From Candidatus Latescibacterota bacterium (GTDB lineage Bacteria; Latescibacterota; UBA2968; UBA8231): 64,000 nucleotides of DNA. The notes under the pieces are model-generated. The model made no database searches. It was not told where the DNA came from and saw only the letters and a list, made by a program, of their open reading frames with translations. Where the stretch lies: the NCBI GenBank assembly GCA_965221775.1, contig CBDCSU010000005.1, forward strand, positions 1,248,001 through 1,312,000. Direction: 5' to 3'. The translations under genes were made by a program, and so were the position numbers. Shown piece by piece: positions 1 to 8,249 of this stretch (positions are counted from its first letter, which is position 1; each line of letters opens with the position of its first letter).

Positions 1-786
1 GAGGTCGTGACTCGCCAGCGGCACCAGCTCCGCCTCCTTGGCCGCCTGCACCCGGCGGCGCAGTTCAGCACACCTCTCCAAGTCGGCGACAGGATCAAGC
101 CTGAAGGGTTCAGCGTCGCTGTCGGTGGGGGTCGCCGACATCTCAACCAGGCCGTAGCGTTCAGGCGGCCCCCAGCACCGCAAGGCTCCTACCTGCGCCA
201 GTGTCTCTGCGAAGGGAAGGCCTGGATGGAGTTCGTCAAGGATCACCAGACAGTCGTTGCCTGCAAGGCCCGCGTGAATCGGCCACATTGTCGGCTTCAC
301 GCCCTGGCCACGGAAGAGCAAGCGGGAGCCGAACTGATCCACGGTGGAGACAGCCACCCATGGTTGATCCGGGCGGTGACTCCACTCGTCCACGGGAACG
401 CCGCCCCGCAAGGCGGCGCATCCCAACGGTTCTCCCGGGCTCAAGGTTTCAAGCCGTTGTCTCACTCTTCGCAGGATCGGCGTGTCGCCTGCCTCTATGC
501 GGTCGAGGATCCGTAGCGCCCGCTTGCATGCCTGATGGACGACGACGCGTCTGTCCACGACGAAGACGATTCGCCGTGGCGCATCTGCGGGCCTGAGGGC
601 AAGGGCAAAGACGGCCACATCGAGCACGGCGGTCTTCCCGGAGCCGGTGGGCAGGTCGATCACCTTCGGCCACTCTCCGCTCTCGAGGACCTGACTCGCC
701 AGACGTTGCTGCCAGGGGAAGGGACTCTGACCGTGCACGTCCTGGAAGAAGAACGGAAAGTGGCCGGGCAGGAGGTCTTCACTCAT
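1..786 (-). CDS. cas3: Type I-G CRISPR-associated helicase Cas3, N-terminal part (runs off window start)
   Basis: Not in the ORF track. Manual translation from ATG 786 (ATGA overlap with csb2 stop) gives MSEDLLPGHFPFFFQDVHGQSPFPWQQRL...LPTGSGKT (Walker A)...PRRIVFVVDRRVVV...STVDQFGSRLLFRG...LVILDELH, typical of I-G Cas3. Confidence 0.93.
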   Translation of the reverse strand, partial: MSEDLLPGHFPFFFQDVHGQSPFPWQQRLASQVLESGEWPKVIDLPTGSGKTAVLDVAVFALALRPADAPRRIVFVVDRRVVVHQACKRALRILDRIEAGDTPILRRVRQRLETLSPGEPLGCAALRGGVPVDEWSHRPDQPWVAVSTVDQFGSRLLFRGQGVKPTMWPIHAGLAGNDCLVILDELHPGLPFAETLAQVGALRCWGPPERYGLVEMSATPTDSDAEPFRLDPVADLERCAELRRRVQAAKEAELVPLASHDL

Positions 787-2318
787 CGAGACTCCGGCAC
801 TGGGCGCATCAGTCCCAGCCCCATGAATCGACCGGCCCCGAGCATCAGTGGCCCCTCTACGGGGTGCTTGAATGTCACCGCTGCGTGAACGAGCTGGCGT
901 CTGACCAGTGTGCCCTCCCGCCCTCTCTGGCTGAATGGCGGATAGCGCCCGGCCGGCGTGGACCCCGCGATGAACGGGCTCAGCGCAATCTCCACTGCCG
1001 AGGGTTCCGGCAATCCGACGTGCACGCAGGCGGCTGCGACGGCCCCCTCGGCCAGTCTCCAGGCCTCGGCTCGCGCACCGACCCTCCCCGCCCTCAGGCT
1101 GCCAGGATGTCTTGGCAGCGCAATGGGCGTCGCCGACACCCACCGCCGGGAAGGACGATGCCAGGCACTTGGCCGCAGGTCGGCCGCGTCGGGAGGCCCG
1201 CGGTGGCGGTCCATGCGGAGTACGCCCTGAGATCCCAGAGTGAGCCTGAGGGGATAGGGCTGCTGGGGAGCCCCCTGCTCCCACCTGCGGACCGCCCGGA
1301 AAAGGGCCCGGCGCGTGTCGTCTCCCAGGGATCTCGGCACGGACAGGGCGATACCGAGCAGACGCGCGTCCCCGCGCTCAGAGCCGATGTTCGGCAGAGG
1401 AAGGAACGCCACATGGGGGTCGCAGGTCGGCTTGCCATCCGGCCTGTGGCCGCTCAGCTCTTCGGGAATCGGATCCTCGGCGTGCTTGAGAGTGGCTCTT
1501 CGCATGGCCGCCGCAGAATCCACTGCTCGTGTAGCTGGAAGGAAGCGGCAGTTCTGCGCGAATGCGAAGACGATCCATTCGCCAAGAGTGTTGGGCTGCA
1601 AGGTTGGCTCATCCTGCACGGTCTCCGCTGTGGAACTGTATCGAACGTCCGTGTATGGCAGGGCTCGGGGCCTGACGCCCTGGTGTCGGAGATACTGCCG
1701 TTGGAGCGCTCCAAGTTGGCCCCGCCTTACAGCGCGCAGGCCATCTGTACCGCGGCCTGGCGTGTAACTGGCGCGAATAGACTCCCGCACCACACGGCAG
1801 GAAACGAGGGAAGAGGAGTGGCCCAGCCGGGCAACTCGGCTGAGAAGGTGGTCCATGGTCTCGCCCATGCCTCCTGGAGCAGCCTCTTCCCAGAGATATG
1901 TAGCCCGGGGCCGGCGGGGAGTCACGGACGGGAAGAACCGCTCCTGGGGGAGAAAGTTCCTGTCCTGTTTGTCCCTGCTGTCTCTTGGCTCAGTCCGATG
2001 GTCCGGGAGTATGCGCATCGATGAAGAGGGGTTCGAGTCGATGATGCGAACATCGTTCACCGGAACGAAATGCGAGACTACCCTGCGCGGCGCGGCTTCC
2101 GACGCGGCGATGGCGGGTGCTCCCTGGGCCTCGAGCCATTCCAGGGCATCGCGTTCCTCGGGATCGCGACCATCCTCGGCCCAGACCGCCACGAGTGCAG
2201 AGAACACACGCGCCGGGTGCGGTGGCCACTCCCCCCGCCGGCGGTCGTTGTGGAACGTGGCCACGTACCGCTCCGTCAGGAAGTTCACTTCGATGCCGAA
2301 ATTCGCCAAGCGAGACAT
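783..2318 (-). CDS. csb2: Type I-G Csb2 (Cas5/Cas6 fusion)
   Basis: N-terminal EWPPHPARVFSALVA motif, WVSATP motif, C-terminal Gly-rich Cas6 loop GPLMLGAGRFMGLG; lies between csb1 and cas3. Confidence 0.93.
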   Translation of the reverse strand: MSRLANFGIEVNFLTERYVATFHNDRRRGEWPPHPARVFSALVAVWAEDGRDPEERDALEWLEAQGAPAIAASEAAPRRVVSHFVPVNDVRIIDSNPSSSMRILPDHRTEPRDSRDKQDRNFLPQERFFPSVTPRRPRATYLWEEAAPGGMGETMDHLLSRVARLGHSSSLVSCRVVRESIRASYTPGRGTDGLRAVRRGQLGALQRQYLRHQGVRPRALPYTDVRYSSTAETVQDEPTLQPNTLGEWIVFAFAQNCRFLPATRAVDSAAAMRRATLKHAEDPIPEELSGHRPDGKPTCDPHVAFLPLPNIGSERGDARLLGIALSVPRSLGDDTRRALFRAVRRWEQGAPQQPYPLRLTLGSQGVLRMDRHRGPPDAADLRPSAWHRPSRRWVSATPIALPRHPGSLRAGRVGARAEAWRLAEGAVAAACVHVGLPEPSAVEIALSPFIAGSTPAGRYPPFSQRGREGTLVRRQLVHAAVTFKHPVEGPLMLGAGRFMGLGLMRPVPESR

Positions 2319-2323
2319 GCTGC

Positions 2324-3577
2324 CTACTCAGGGGAATGTTCGGTGGCCGACAACTTTCTGCTGCGGAGAATCAGTTCGATCAGCTTTGGTGCTGGTGTCA
2401 GGCGAAGGCCACCGGTTTCCCAACCGATTCCGACCGCTTCCGCGCGCTCGGCAGCAGAAGACAGGACTTCGGCAGCCATGCTCTTGTCCAACTGGACGAC
2501 CTCGCTGGCAGAGCCGTCGCGGGAGAGCATGCTGGCCCGTAGCGGGTGGGTTGGAAGGAGGAGACATCGTGACCGCAGGTCGAAGTCCTTCTCGTACTGA
2601 TAGGCAATGGCAGCGACGCCCAATGCTGCAACCGCGGTGCGGGCCGCTGTCTCTGCTTCGCTGTCGAACCCCTTGAACCTCAGGCGGCGAAGTGCCGCGA
2701 AAGAGATAACGGTGGTCTGCCGGGCCTTCGAGATCGTGACGCCGCCAGCCTCGGCGTCTATGGAAGGAACGATGTTCCCGTGGTTGATCTTTGACGGCTG
2801 ACCAGCCTCCCCGCTCATGCTGCCCCGCGAAGCGTATACAGGGTTCCCCTTCTTGTCCTTCTCCGCTGCCTCCGGGTCGTGAGTCCAGACCTCGGCCGGA
2901 TCCTCGCTGTTGAGCACGCGATCCTCCGGCGCAACCCTTTCGATCTGGAGTGGGTCTATGCGGCTTCCCACCTTCTTCCCCACAGCGGCGTCGAAACCGA
3001 CGATTTCCGATACATAGGCGCGTTGGAAACGCGGGCCGAGTCCGCCTTTCGGGCCCGTCGAATCCCACATACCGAACAACAGGGAGGTCGGCGAGTACCG
3101 GAACAGATCGGTAGCATTGCGCGGGGTTGCGTCGGTAATCGCTTGTCCCACATCCGACAGTCGAAACAGCGTTCCGCCGAACAGGCTGTCCCGGAAAATC
3201 GCATCTGCCAGGCGATGCGGCGCTTCGAGGACGGTGACCTTGTCATAGTCCGTTGCGTTCCCGGTCCCAGAGAAGTCCACGTACGGGACCGGGAAGGAGA
3301 GTTCCTCTCGCTCCCACCCCTCCAACAGGGCCAGCTCCGCCCTGTTGGCTTGTGACGCCACGGAGTCCAGCAGGACCGTAATGCTCGTCCTCTCCCCTTG
3401 TCCAACTTGACGCTCCTCAATGGCGTACCGGTGCTCGAGGCGTCCCTCCACCCTGTAAGATGGGGGGAAGACCTTGTCTCCCTCGCCACCAGCAGGCTGC
3501 AATGTCATGCGGGACCGCAAGGCCACCGCGCCGCCGGCGACAGCATCAAACAGGCGATCGAATGTGAGTCGCGACAC
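2324..3577 (-). CDS. csb1: Type I-G Csb1 (Cas7 backbone subunit)
   Basis: Motifs LQPAGG..DKVFPPSY, LLDSVASQANRAE, EAPHRLADA, PTSLLFGMWDS, GSRIDPL, DFDLRSRCLL; start re-assigned to GTG 3577, 6 nt after an AGGAGG RBS. Confidence 0.93.
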   Translation of the reverse strand: MSRLTFDRLFDAVAGGAVALRSRMTLQPAGGEGDKVFPPSYRVEGRLEHRYAIEERQVGQGERTSITVLLDSVASQANRAELALLEGWEREELSFPVPYVDFSGTGNATDYDKVTVLEAPHRLADAIFRDSLFGGTLFRLSDVGQAITDATPRNATDLFRYSPTSLLFGMWDSTGPKGGLGPRFQRAYVSEIVGFDAAVGKKVGSRIDPLQIERVAPEDRVLNSEDPAEVWTHDPEAAEKDKKGNPVYASRGSMSGEAGQPSKINHGNIVPSIDAEAGGVTISKARQTTVISFAALRRLRFKGFDSEAETAARTAVAALGVAAIAYQYEKDFDLRSRCLLLPTHPLRASMLSRDGSASEVVQLDKSMAAEVLSSAAERAEAVGIGWETGGLRLTPAPKLIELILRSRKLSATEHSPE

Positions 3578-3609
3578 CCTCAGCCTCCTGAAAAAGGCTG
3601 TGTGCGGCT

Positions 3610-4110
3610 TCAGGGAGGGCAGGCGCTGGGCGCGCGCCTCCGGGCGCAGGTGTGTGTACTCGCCACTGGAGTGCCCAGCTCCGCCTTTTCCTCGGGTGCA
3701 ATGCTGGCCCGAGCTTTGGCCAGTTGCCGCTTGATGCGTCCCTTCCGGCCTGCCTCCAGGGACCTCGTGCGCTTTTCCGCGCAGACGAGGCATCGCCGGG
3801 CCGCCGGTCCCCTGTGCTCGATAGAGACCCCGCAATCCGCACACTCCCGGCGGCGTCGGCCGAGGGCCAGGGCTCGGATCGTCTCGCGCACGAGACTACG
3901 GACGCGCACCGGCGAGATTCCGTGCCTTGCGGCGATGGCGTCGACTCGGAGCTCCTCCCCCTTGAGGCCGTAGTACTCCGAGAGGATCTGCCGCGCGCGC
4001 TCCGGCAGACCCGCGATCAGATCGAGCGCCCAGGAGCGGATCTCGGCATCGGGTACTCCCTCGTGAAACTGGCTCCACAGGAGTATGCGCAGGGAACGGT
4101 GATGGTTCAC
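3610..4110 (-). CDS. Small sigma-70 region-4-like HTH protein with C-terminal CxxC...CxxC zinc finger
   Basis: LPERARQILSEYYGLKGEELRVDAIAARHGISPVRVRSL resembles the sigma region 4 HTH; CADC...CLVC follows; AAGGAGG RBS 9 nt before GTG; ends 32 nt before csb1. Confidence 0.7.
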   Translation of the reverse strand: MNHHRSLRILLWSQFHEGVPDAEIRSWALDLIAGLPERARQILSEYYGLKGEELRVDAIAARHGISPVRVRSLVRETIRALALGRRRRECADCGVSIEHRGPAARRCLVCAEKRTRSLEAGRKGRIKRQLAKARASIAPEEKAELGTPVASTHTCARRRAPSACPP

Positions 4111-4236
4111 TTCACTTCGCCTCCTTCTGTTTCGTGGCAGAGCCTTCAGCCTCGAGAGAATTCCCCTATCAGCTGGCCGAGACTGCGTGCTTCGATTCCA
4201 GGCGCGTGGGATGGTATGGAAGGCCTGCCTCGAAGA

Positions 4237-4259
4237 GTGATTGATAACACGCTTATACC
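4237..4259. promoter_or_regulatory. Palindromic box 1 (GTGATTGATAACAC) with adjacent minus-strand TATAAG -10-like element
   Basis: The 20-mer ATTGATAACACGCTTATACC (4240-4259) recurs exactly at 4453-4472. Confidence 0.55.
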
Positions 4260-4302
4260 TTCAGAGCTGTCCACAACGATCCTGGTCCCTGAGTTTGAAG
4301 TC

Positions 4303-4388
4303 GGGACAGCAACCCCTCATGCCCGAGTAGCCCACCCGATTCGGGAGGCCGCCCTGTCGGGCAGGAGCCCGGGAGGGGTTGCTGTCCC
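4303..4388. ncRNA. Structured stem-loop element copy 1 (candidate RNA)
   Basis: Perfect 16-bp inverted repeat GGGACAGCAACCCCTC (4303-4318) / GAGGGGTTGCTGTCCC (4373-4388); inner stem TGCCCGA/TCGGGCA (4320-4326/4357-4363). Confidence 0.55.
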
Positions 4389-4449
4389 TTCGAGACGCAC
4401 ACACACAGACACATAACTCACGCAAAGTGGACACTTTCAAGGTTTTTCA

Positions 4450-4472
4450 TTTATTGATAACACGCTTATACC
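4450..4472. promoter_or_regulatory. Palindromic box 2 / repeat copy with TG-n-TATAAG extended -10-like element on the minus strand
   Basis: 4453-4472 is an exact 20-bp copy of 4240-4259. Confidence 0.55.
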
Positions 4473-4617
4473 ATTCATGCTGGCACCTGGCCAGTCAGGA
4501 GACCAGAAGGGCTCGATGCTCGACTCTGCAAACTGTACATAGGGCCGATTGTGAACCATTGCAAGAGCAGGACCCACGAGCGTGATCCCCTTGTATCGAT
4601 CCTCCTTTGAACGAATC

Positions 4618-4708
4618 GGGATAGCAGCCCCTCACTCCTACAGGAACCTCCCGGAGGAGGGACCGAGAGACCCTACTGGGTTTTGAGCCCGTGAGGGGTT
4701 GCTATCCC
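4618..4708. ncRNA. Structured stem-loop element copy 2 (candidate RNA)
   Basis: 18-bp stem GGGATAGCAGCCCCTCAC (4618-4635) / GTGAGGGGTTGCTATCCC (4691-4708) with one G-U pair; compensatory C:G to T:A change versus copy 1. Confidence 0.55.
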
Positions 4709-4797
4709 TCTCATCGCTACGATAGCAATTGCTGTGGGAGGTATGCAACTAACAATTACCCAGAGAGCGGCCATTGATTGCAGGTGGGCTTCGGAGA

Positions 4798-4811
4798 GTG
4801 TTTGATAACAC
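4798..4811. promoter_or_regulatory. Palindromic box 3 GTGTT-TGAT-AACAC
   Basis: Perfect 5-bp arms; 4792-4811 matches 4231-4250 at 18/20. Confidence 0.5.
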
Positions 4812-5024
4812 AATTGGTGAATTGCTACCTGTGGGTTCATCTTTTGGGGTGTGAGCGTGTGCTCAAGGACTTTTCCGCCTGGGCCTTGCGCGCTCGGCGT
4901 ACTGAGACCGGGCGACCCGGACCGCTGCCGAGATGGCATCCCGAGTCGGCGGAATCTCTCTGATGGGGAAAAACCTGCGAGAGACGCCCATCCACCGGGG
5001 ATGGCGAGGGGCGCCGGCCGGCCC

Positions 5025-6983
5025 TCAGCCCGGGCGGTACTCCAGCACCACCCGGTTCTCCGGCCCCCGCAGGCCCATGGTGTTCACCGCCCGCGCCCGC
5101 AGGCGGTTGCGCCCCGGGCGCAGCTCCCACTCGAAGACGGGACCGCTCGCCTCCCACTTCCCCCGGTCCAGGCTGACCTCGAAGCGGTCCAGGTGGGGGA
5201 TGGGGCCGGAGAGCCGCACCGTCAGCGCCGCCGCCGTCTCCGTGTCCTGCAGGTCGATCCGCGTGCGGTTCAGGTCCCAGTAGAAGTCCTCGGGCCGGTT
5301 GGTCTGCAGCGAGTACTCGGGATACCTCGGGTCGAGGCTGTCCGTCCACCACAAGTGGCCGTCCCAGTGGTACTGGTCCATCCCCTGCTCCAGCTCCTGC
5401 GGCTCGGGGCGGTAGAGGTGGTCGTTGCGCAACGGCATGCCGAAGCGCTGGTAGAGCTGAGCGAACATCGTCCGGAGCCGCTCGTCGGGGACGGGCGGCG
5501 GCGGCACGAACTCCAGGTCCTCCATCCGGCCGGCGGCGCCGAGGCGGTGCATCTCCAAGGCGTTGATCGGCACGCCGGCCTCCTCGTACTGGAAGGCGAC
5601 CTCGTGGCCGGGCAGGAGGCCCGGGTCCTGGAGGATCCACTTGCCGTGCTCGTCGGACCAGATCTCCGCCAGGCAGTGGTGGTCGACGATCACGGGCCGG
5701 GCGTGGTAGCCGAGGGAGCCGGCGCACTGGCTGAAGACGGCGGCGTAGTGGGTGCACATGCCCAGGGCCAGGTTCTGCGGCGCCAGCTCCAGGATCTCGA
5801 GGGCGTCCCACTGGGGGCAGTAGTTGTACTCGTTGTCGTTCCACCCCTCCCACTGCCGGCGGACCCACTGGCGCAGCAGGGCGAACCTCTCCATCTCGGT
5901 CTGCCCGGGGGCCACGACCTCCTCCAGGCGGTACTTCTCGCGCAGGTGGCGCATGCGCGGGTGGTGCGGGTCGGCGTAGTCGAAGGGGTAGGAGGAGACG
6001 GCCAGGTCGTTCTCCGGCGCCGAGATCACCTCGATCCGGCGGCGGTTCGCCCCGACGGCGCGCCCGGAGGCCTCGATGGTGACGCTCTTCAACAGCGGCG
6101 TGACGGCGGGATCGCCGCTGGAGAGGGTTGCCCGCCATTGCAAGAACCGCGCCCCGGGCAAGGGCTCCCCCGAATCGGCGGCGCGCCAGGAGGTCCACTC
6201 GTCCGAAGCGTACAACGCCGTCGAGCCGGATCTCACCTCGAAGCGCACCGAGGTCCTCGGCGGCATTTCGGTAGCGGCCGACAGGCGCAGGGCCTTCAGG
6301 TCAAGGCCGGGAGCGACCGCCTCCTCCGCGGCCAGGTCGATGACAGGAGAGGTGGCCACACCCTCCCGCGGATGGCCGCGGACCCTCAGGCGGACGACGT
6401 ATTCCCCCGAGAGGTCGTTGTCCGCTCCGAGCATGTCCCCCTTCCACTCGCCGCGGCCCTCGAGGCGCTTGAAGCTGTTGCGGCCGGGCTCGTCGGCGTC
6501 GATGACCAGCGACCCGGCGCCGGAGAAGACCAGCTCGTTGCGGCCCGGGCGCAGCCAGCGGCCGGGGATCGTCTCACGGTCCCAGCCGCCGGTGAGCATC
6601 CTCTCGAGGTCCTGCACGTGGCGGATCTCGTGCCCGTTGACCGAGATGAGCAGGGGCTCCTCCTCGGTGCCGCCGCCCCCGTGGAACAGGACCTCCGCCG
6701 ACTCCACCGCCGCCGGCAGGTCGAAGAGCTTCTTCGCCTCCACGGCGGGCGTCAGGCTCTCACGGATCTTGGAGCTGCGCGCCATGGCGTCGGCGATCAG
6801 CCACGTCGGCGCCAGGCAGAGCCCGCCCTCGTCGGCGCAGTAGCCGGTGAAGCGGTCGCGGGTGCAGCCGGCGAGGGCTTCGCCTTCGAGGGTGGTCTTC
6901 CACTCGGTCATGGGTGGTGCGGCGGAGGTGGTGCCGGCGGACACCAGCAGCGCGGCCAGGGCGAGGCGGGCGAGGCGGGGCAC
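5025..6983 (-). CDS. Secreted transglutaminase-like domain protein
   Basis: Signal peptide after GTG 6983 (AAGGAGG RBS); Cys-His-Asp-like triad GMCTHYA...HHCLAEIW...WILQDP. Confidence 0.7.
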   Translation of the reverse strand: MPRLARLALAALLVSAGTTSAAPPMTEWKTTLEGEALAGCTRDRFTGYCADEGGLCLAPTWLIADAMARSSKIRESLTPAVEAKKLFDLPAAVESAEVLFHGGGGTEEEPLLISVNGHEIRHVQDLERMLTGGWDRETIPGRWLRPGRNELVFSGAGSLVIDADEPGRNSFKRLEGRGEWKGDMLGADNDLSGEYVVRLRVRGHPREGVATSPVIDLAAEEAVAPGLDLKALRLSAATEMPPRTSVRFEVRSGSTALYASDEWTSWRAADSGEPLPGARFLQWRATLSSGDPAVTPLLKSVTIEASGRAVGANRRRIEVISAPENDLAVSSYPFDYADPHHPRMRHLREKYRLEEVVAPGQTEMERFALLRQWVRRQWEGWNDNEYNYCPQWDALEILELAPQNLALGMCTHYAAVFSQCAGSLGYHARPVIVDHHCLAEIWSDEHGKWILQDPGLLPGHEVAFQYEEAGVPINALEMHRLGAAGRMEDLEFVPPPPVPDERLRTMFAQLYQRFGMPLRNDHLYRPEPQELEQGMDQYHWDGHLWWTDSLDPRYPEYSLQTNRPEDFYWDLNRTRIDLQDTETAAALTVRLSGPIPHLDRFEVSLDRGKWEASGPVFEWELRPGRNRLRARAVNTMGLRGPENRVVLEYRPG

Positions 6984-7080
6984 CCGCGGGCCTCCTTCGC
7001 TATCGAGATACTCGCGCCGCCGAGAATCGCGCATGAGGGCTCGCCGTTTCATGTGTCGCGTTGTGCCGCTGCCATCCGGG

Positions 7081-7833
7081 CTACTGAGCGTCGGCCCGGG
7101 GAGAGGTGATCACCTCGGCAAGGCGGAATCCCTGACCCCCCGCGCGATGGCTGCGCCAGGTCTTGCGGGACTCCGGCCAGAGCAACCTCGCCGCCGGGTA
7201 CAGCACCGCGCCGCCGACGCCGCCCACCACCGACGCCGCCAGCAGGAACGCCCGGTCGTCGCTGTCCCAGGGGCTGAAACCTCTCGATGAGGCAGCGGCC
7301 ACTTCCCGGTCTCCCTTCCAGCGGTCCTTGTACAGGAAGGAACCCACGGCGGTGAATCCGGTGACAGCCCCCTGGAAGGACCAGCGCGGGACCTCCTCCA
7401 GCCGCTCGGGGACGGACGGCCATCCCCGCCTCCTCCCCTCGACGCGGATCTCCTCGATGGCGGCCAGGGACAGGGCGACGGTGGGCCTGTCGTGAACGGA
7501 ATTGGGCGAGCGGACGCGAACCTCGCGCATGGAGAGATAGCGGCGGGGGATCTGCCGCACGGTCTTCCACTCCTCCGATGACAGGAGGAGATACTCCCCG
7601 TCCGCCTCGATGGCGTTCACGGTGACGGGCCGGCTCTCGCCCTCATCAACTGCGCAGGTGCTGTCCACGCCTCCGTCCTCGCGGAAGAAGATGGACAGCC
7701 GGTCCTTGCTGGTCAGCTCGAACCGACGAGAGTCCGCCGGCCCCGGCCGTGCCGGGTCATGGAGGACGAAGCGGCTCTGCGAGCACCCCACGCAGAGCAG
7801 AACCGACAGTGGCAGGAAAATGTGTGTCTTCAT
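7081..7833 (-). CDS. Hypothetical lipoprotein/membrane protein
   Basis: MKTHIFLPLSVLLCVGC lipobox-like N-terminus; ATGA overlap with the upstream ORF; hydrophobic C-terminal segments. Confidence 0.55.
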   Translation of the reverse strand: MKTHIFLPLSVLLCVGCSQSRFVLHDPARPGPADSRRFELTSKDRLSIFFREDGGVDSTCAVDEGESRPVTVNAIEADGEYLLLSSEEWKTVRQIPRRYLSMREVRVRSPNSVHDRPTVALSLAAIEEIRVEGRRRGWPSVPERLEEVPRWSFQGAVTGFTAVGSFLYKDRWKGDREVAAASSRGFSPWDSDDRAFLLAASVVGGVGGAVLYPAARLLWPESRKTWRSHRAGGQGFRLAEVITSPRADAQ

Positions 7834-8249
7834 GGTGAGTCCTCCTTCGCGGCTCCATCCGCGAACGACTCCTCTCCCCTCTCCTCCTGCTTCCGCCTCA
7901 ACTCCGCGATCTCCCCGGCCGTCAGGCTCTCCTCCGCCGTCACCGTCGTCCGCTCGATCAACTCCAGCTTCAACTCCCGGCGGGTCAGCCACTCCCAGCG
8001 GGCGGCGTTGACCGGGTGGGGATGCGGATGAACGTCCTCCGGAGCGATCTCCTCGGCCACGATATGAAGATACCCCGGAGTGGCGCCGTCGTGTTTCAGG
8101 CTCGCCTCGGACATGGATAGGAGGGAGGGTCTGTGGGAGAAGGCCTTGGCCAAGTTCGCGCTCTGAGTGATCGAGCTGCCGGACCGCAGCCGCGTCAGTT
8201 CCTGCTGGGAGCCGTGATACCAGGTTCGGCTGTGGTCCCAGTCCGCCAC
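7830..8249 (-). CDS. Hypothetical protein, possible ADP-ribosyltransferase fold
   Basis: WYHGS...SSIT...EWL motif order reminiscent of ART/Arr-like proteins. Confidence 0.5.
   Translation of the reverse strand: MADWDHSRTWYHGSQQELTRLRSGSSITQSANLAKAFSHRPSLLSMSEASLKHDGATPGYLHIVAEEIAPEDVHPHPHPVNAARWEWLTRRELKLELIERTTVTAEESLTAGEIAELRRKQEERGEESFADGAAKEDSP

Noticed and set aside
3578-3844. N-terminal extension of csb1 given in the ORF track (start 3844)
   Set aside because: Overlaps the sigma4-ZnF ORF; GTG 3577 has a strong SD and matches where Csb1 similarity begins
4398-4414. Short (CA)n-like tract
   Set aside because: Too short and imperfect to support phase variation
4756-4781. GCGGCCATTGA as a degenerate single I-G repeat end
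   Set aside because: Short similarity only, with no repeat hairpin and no second copy; could be chance
4111-4950. Canonical CRISPR array upstream of the cas genes
   Set aside because: No ~30-37-bp repeats at regular 60-75-bp spacing; the repeats present lie about 210-350 bp apart and are of other kinds
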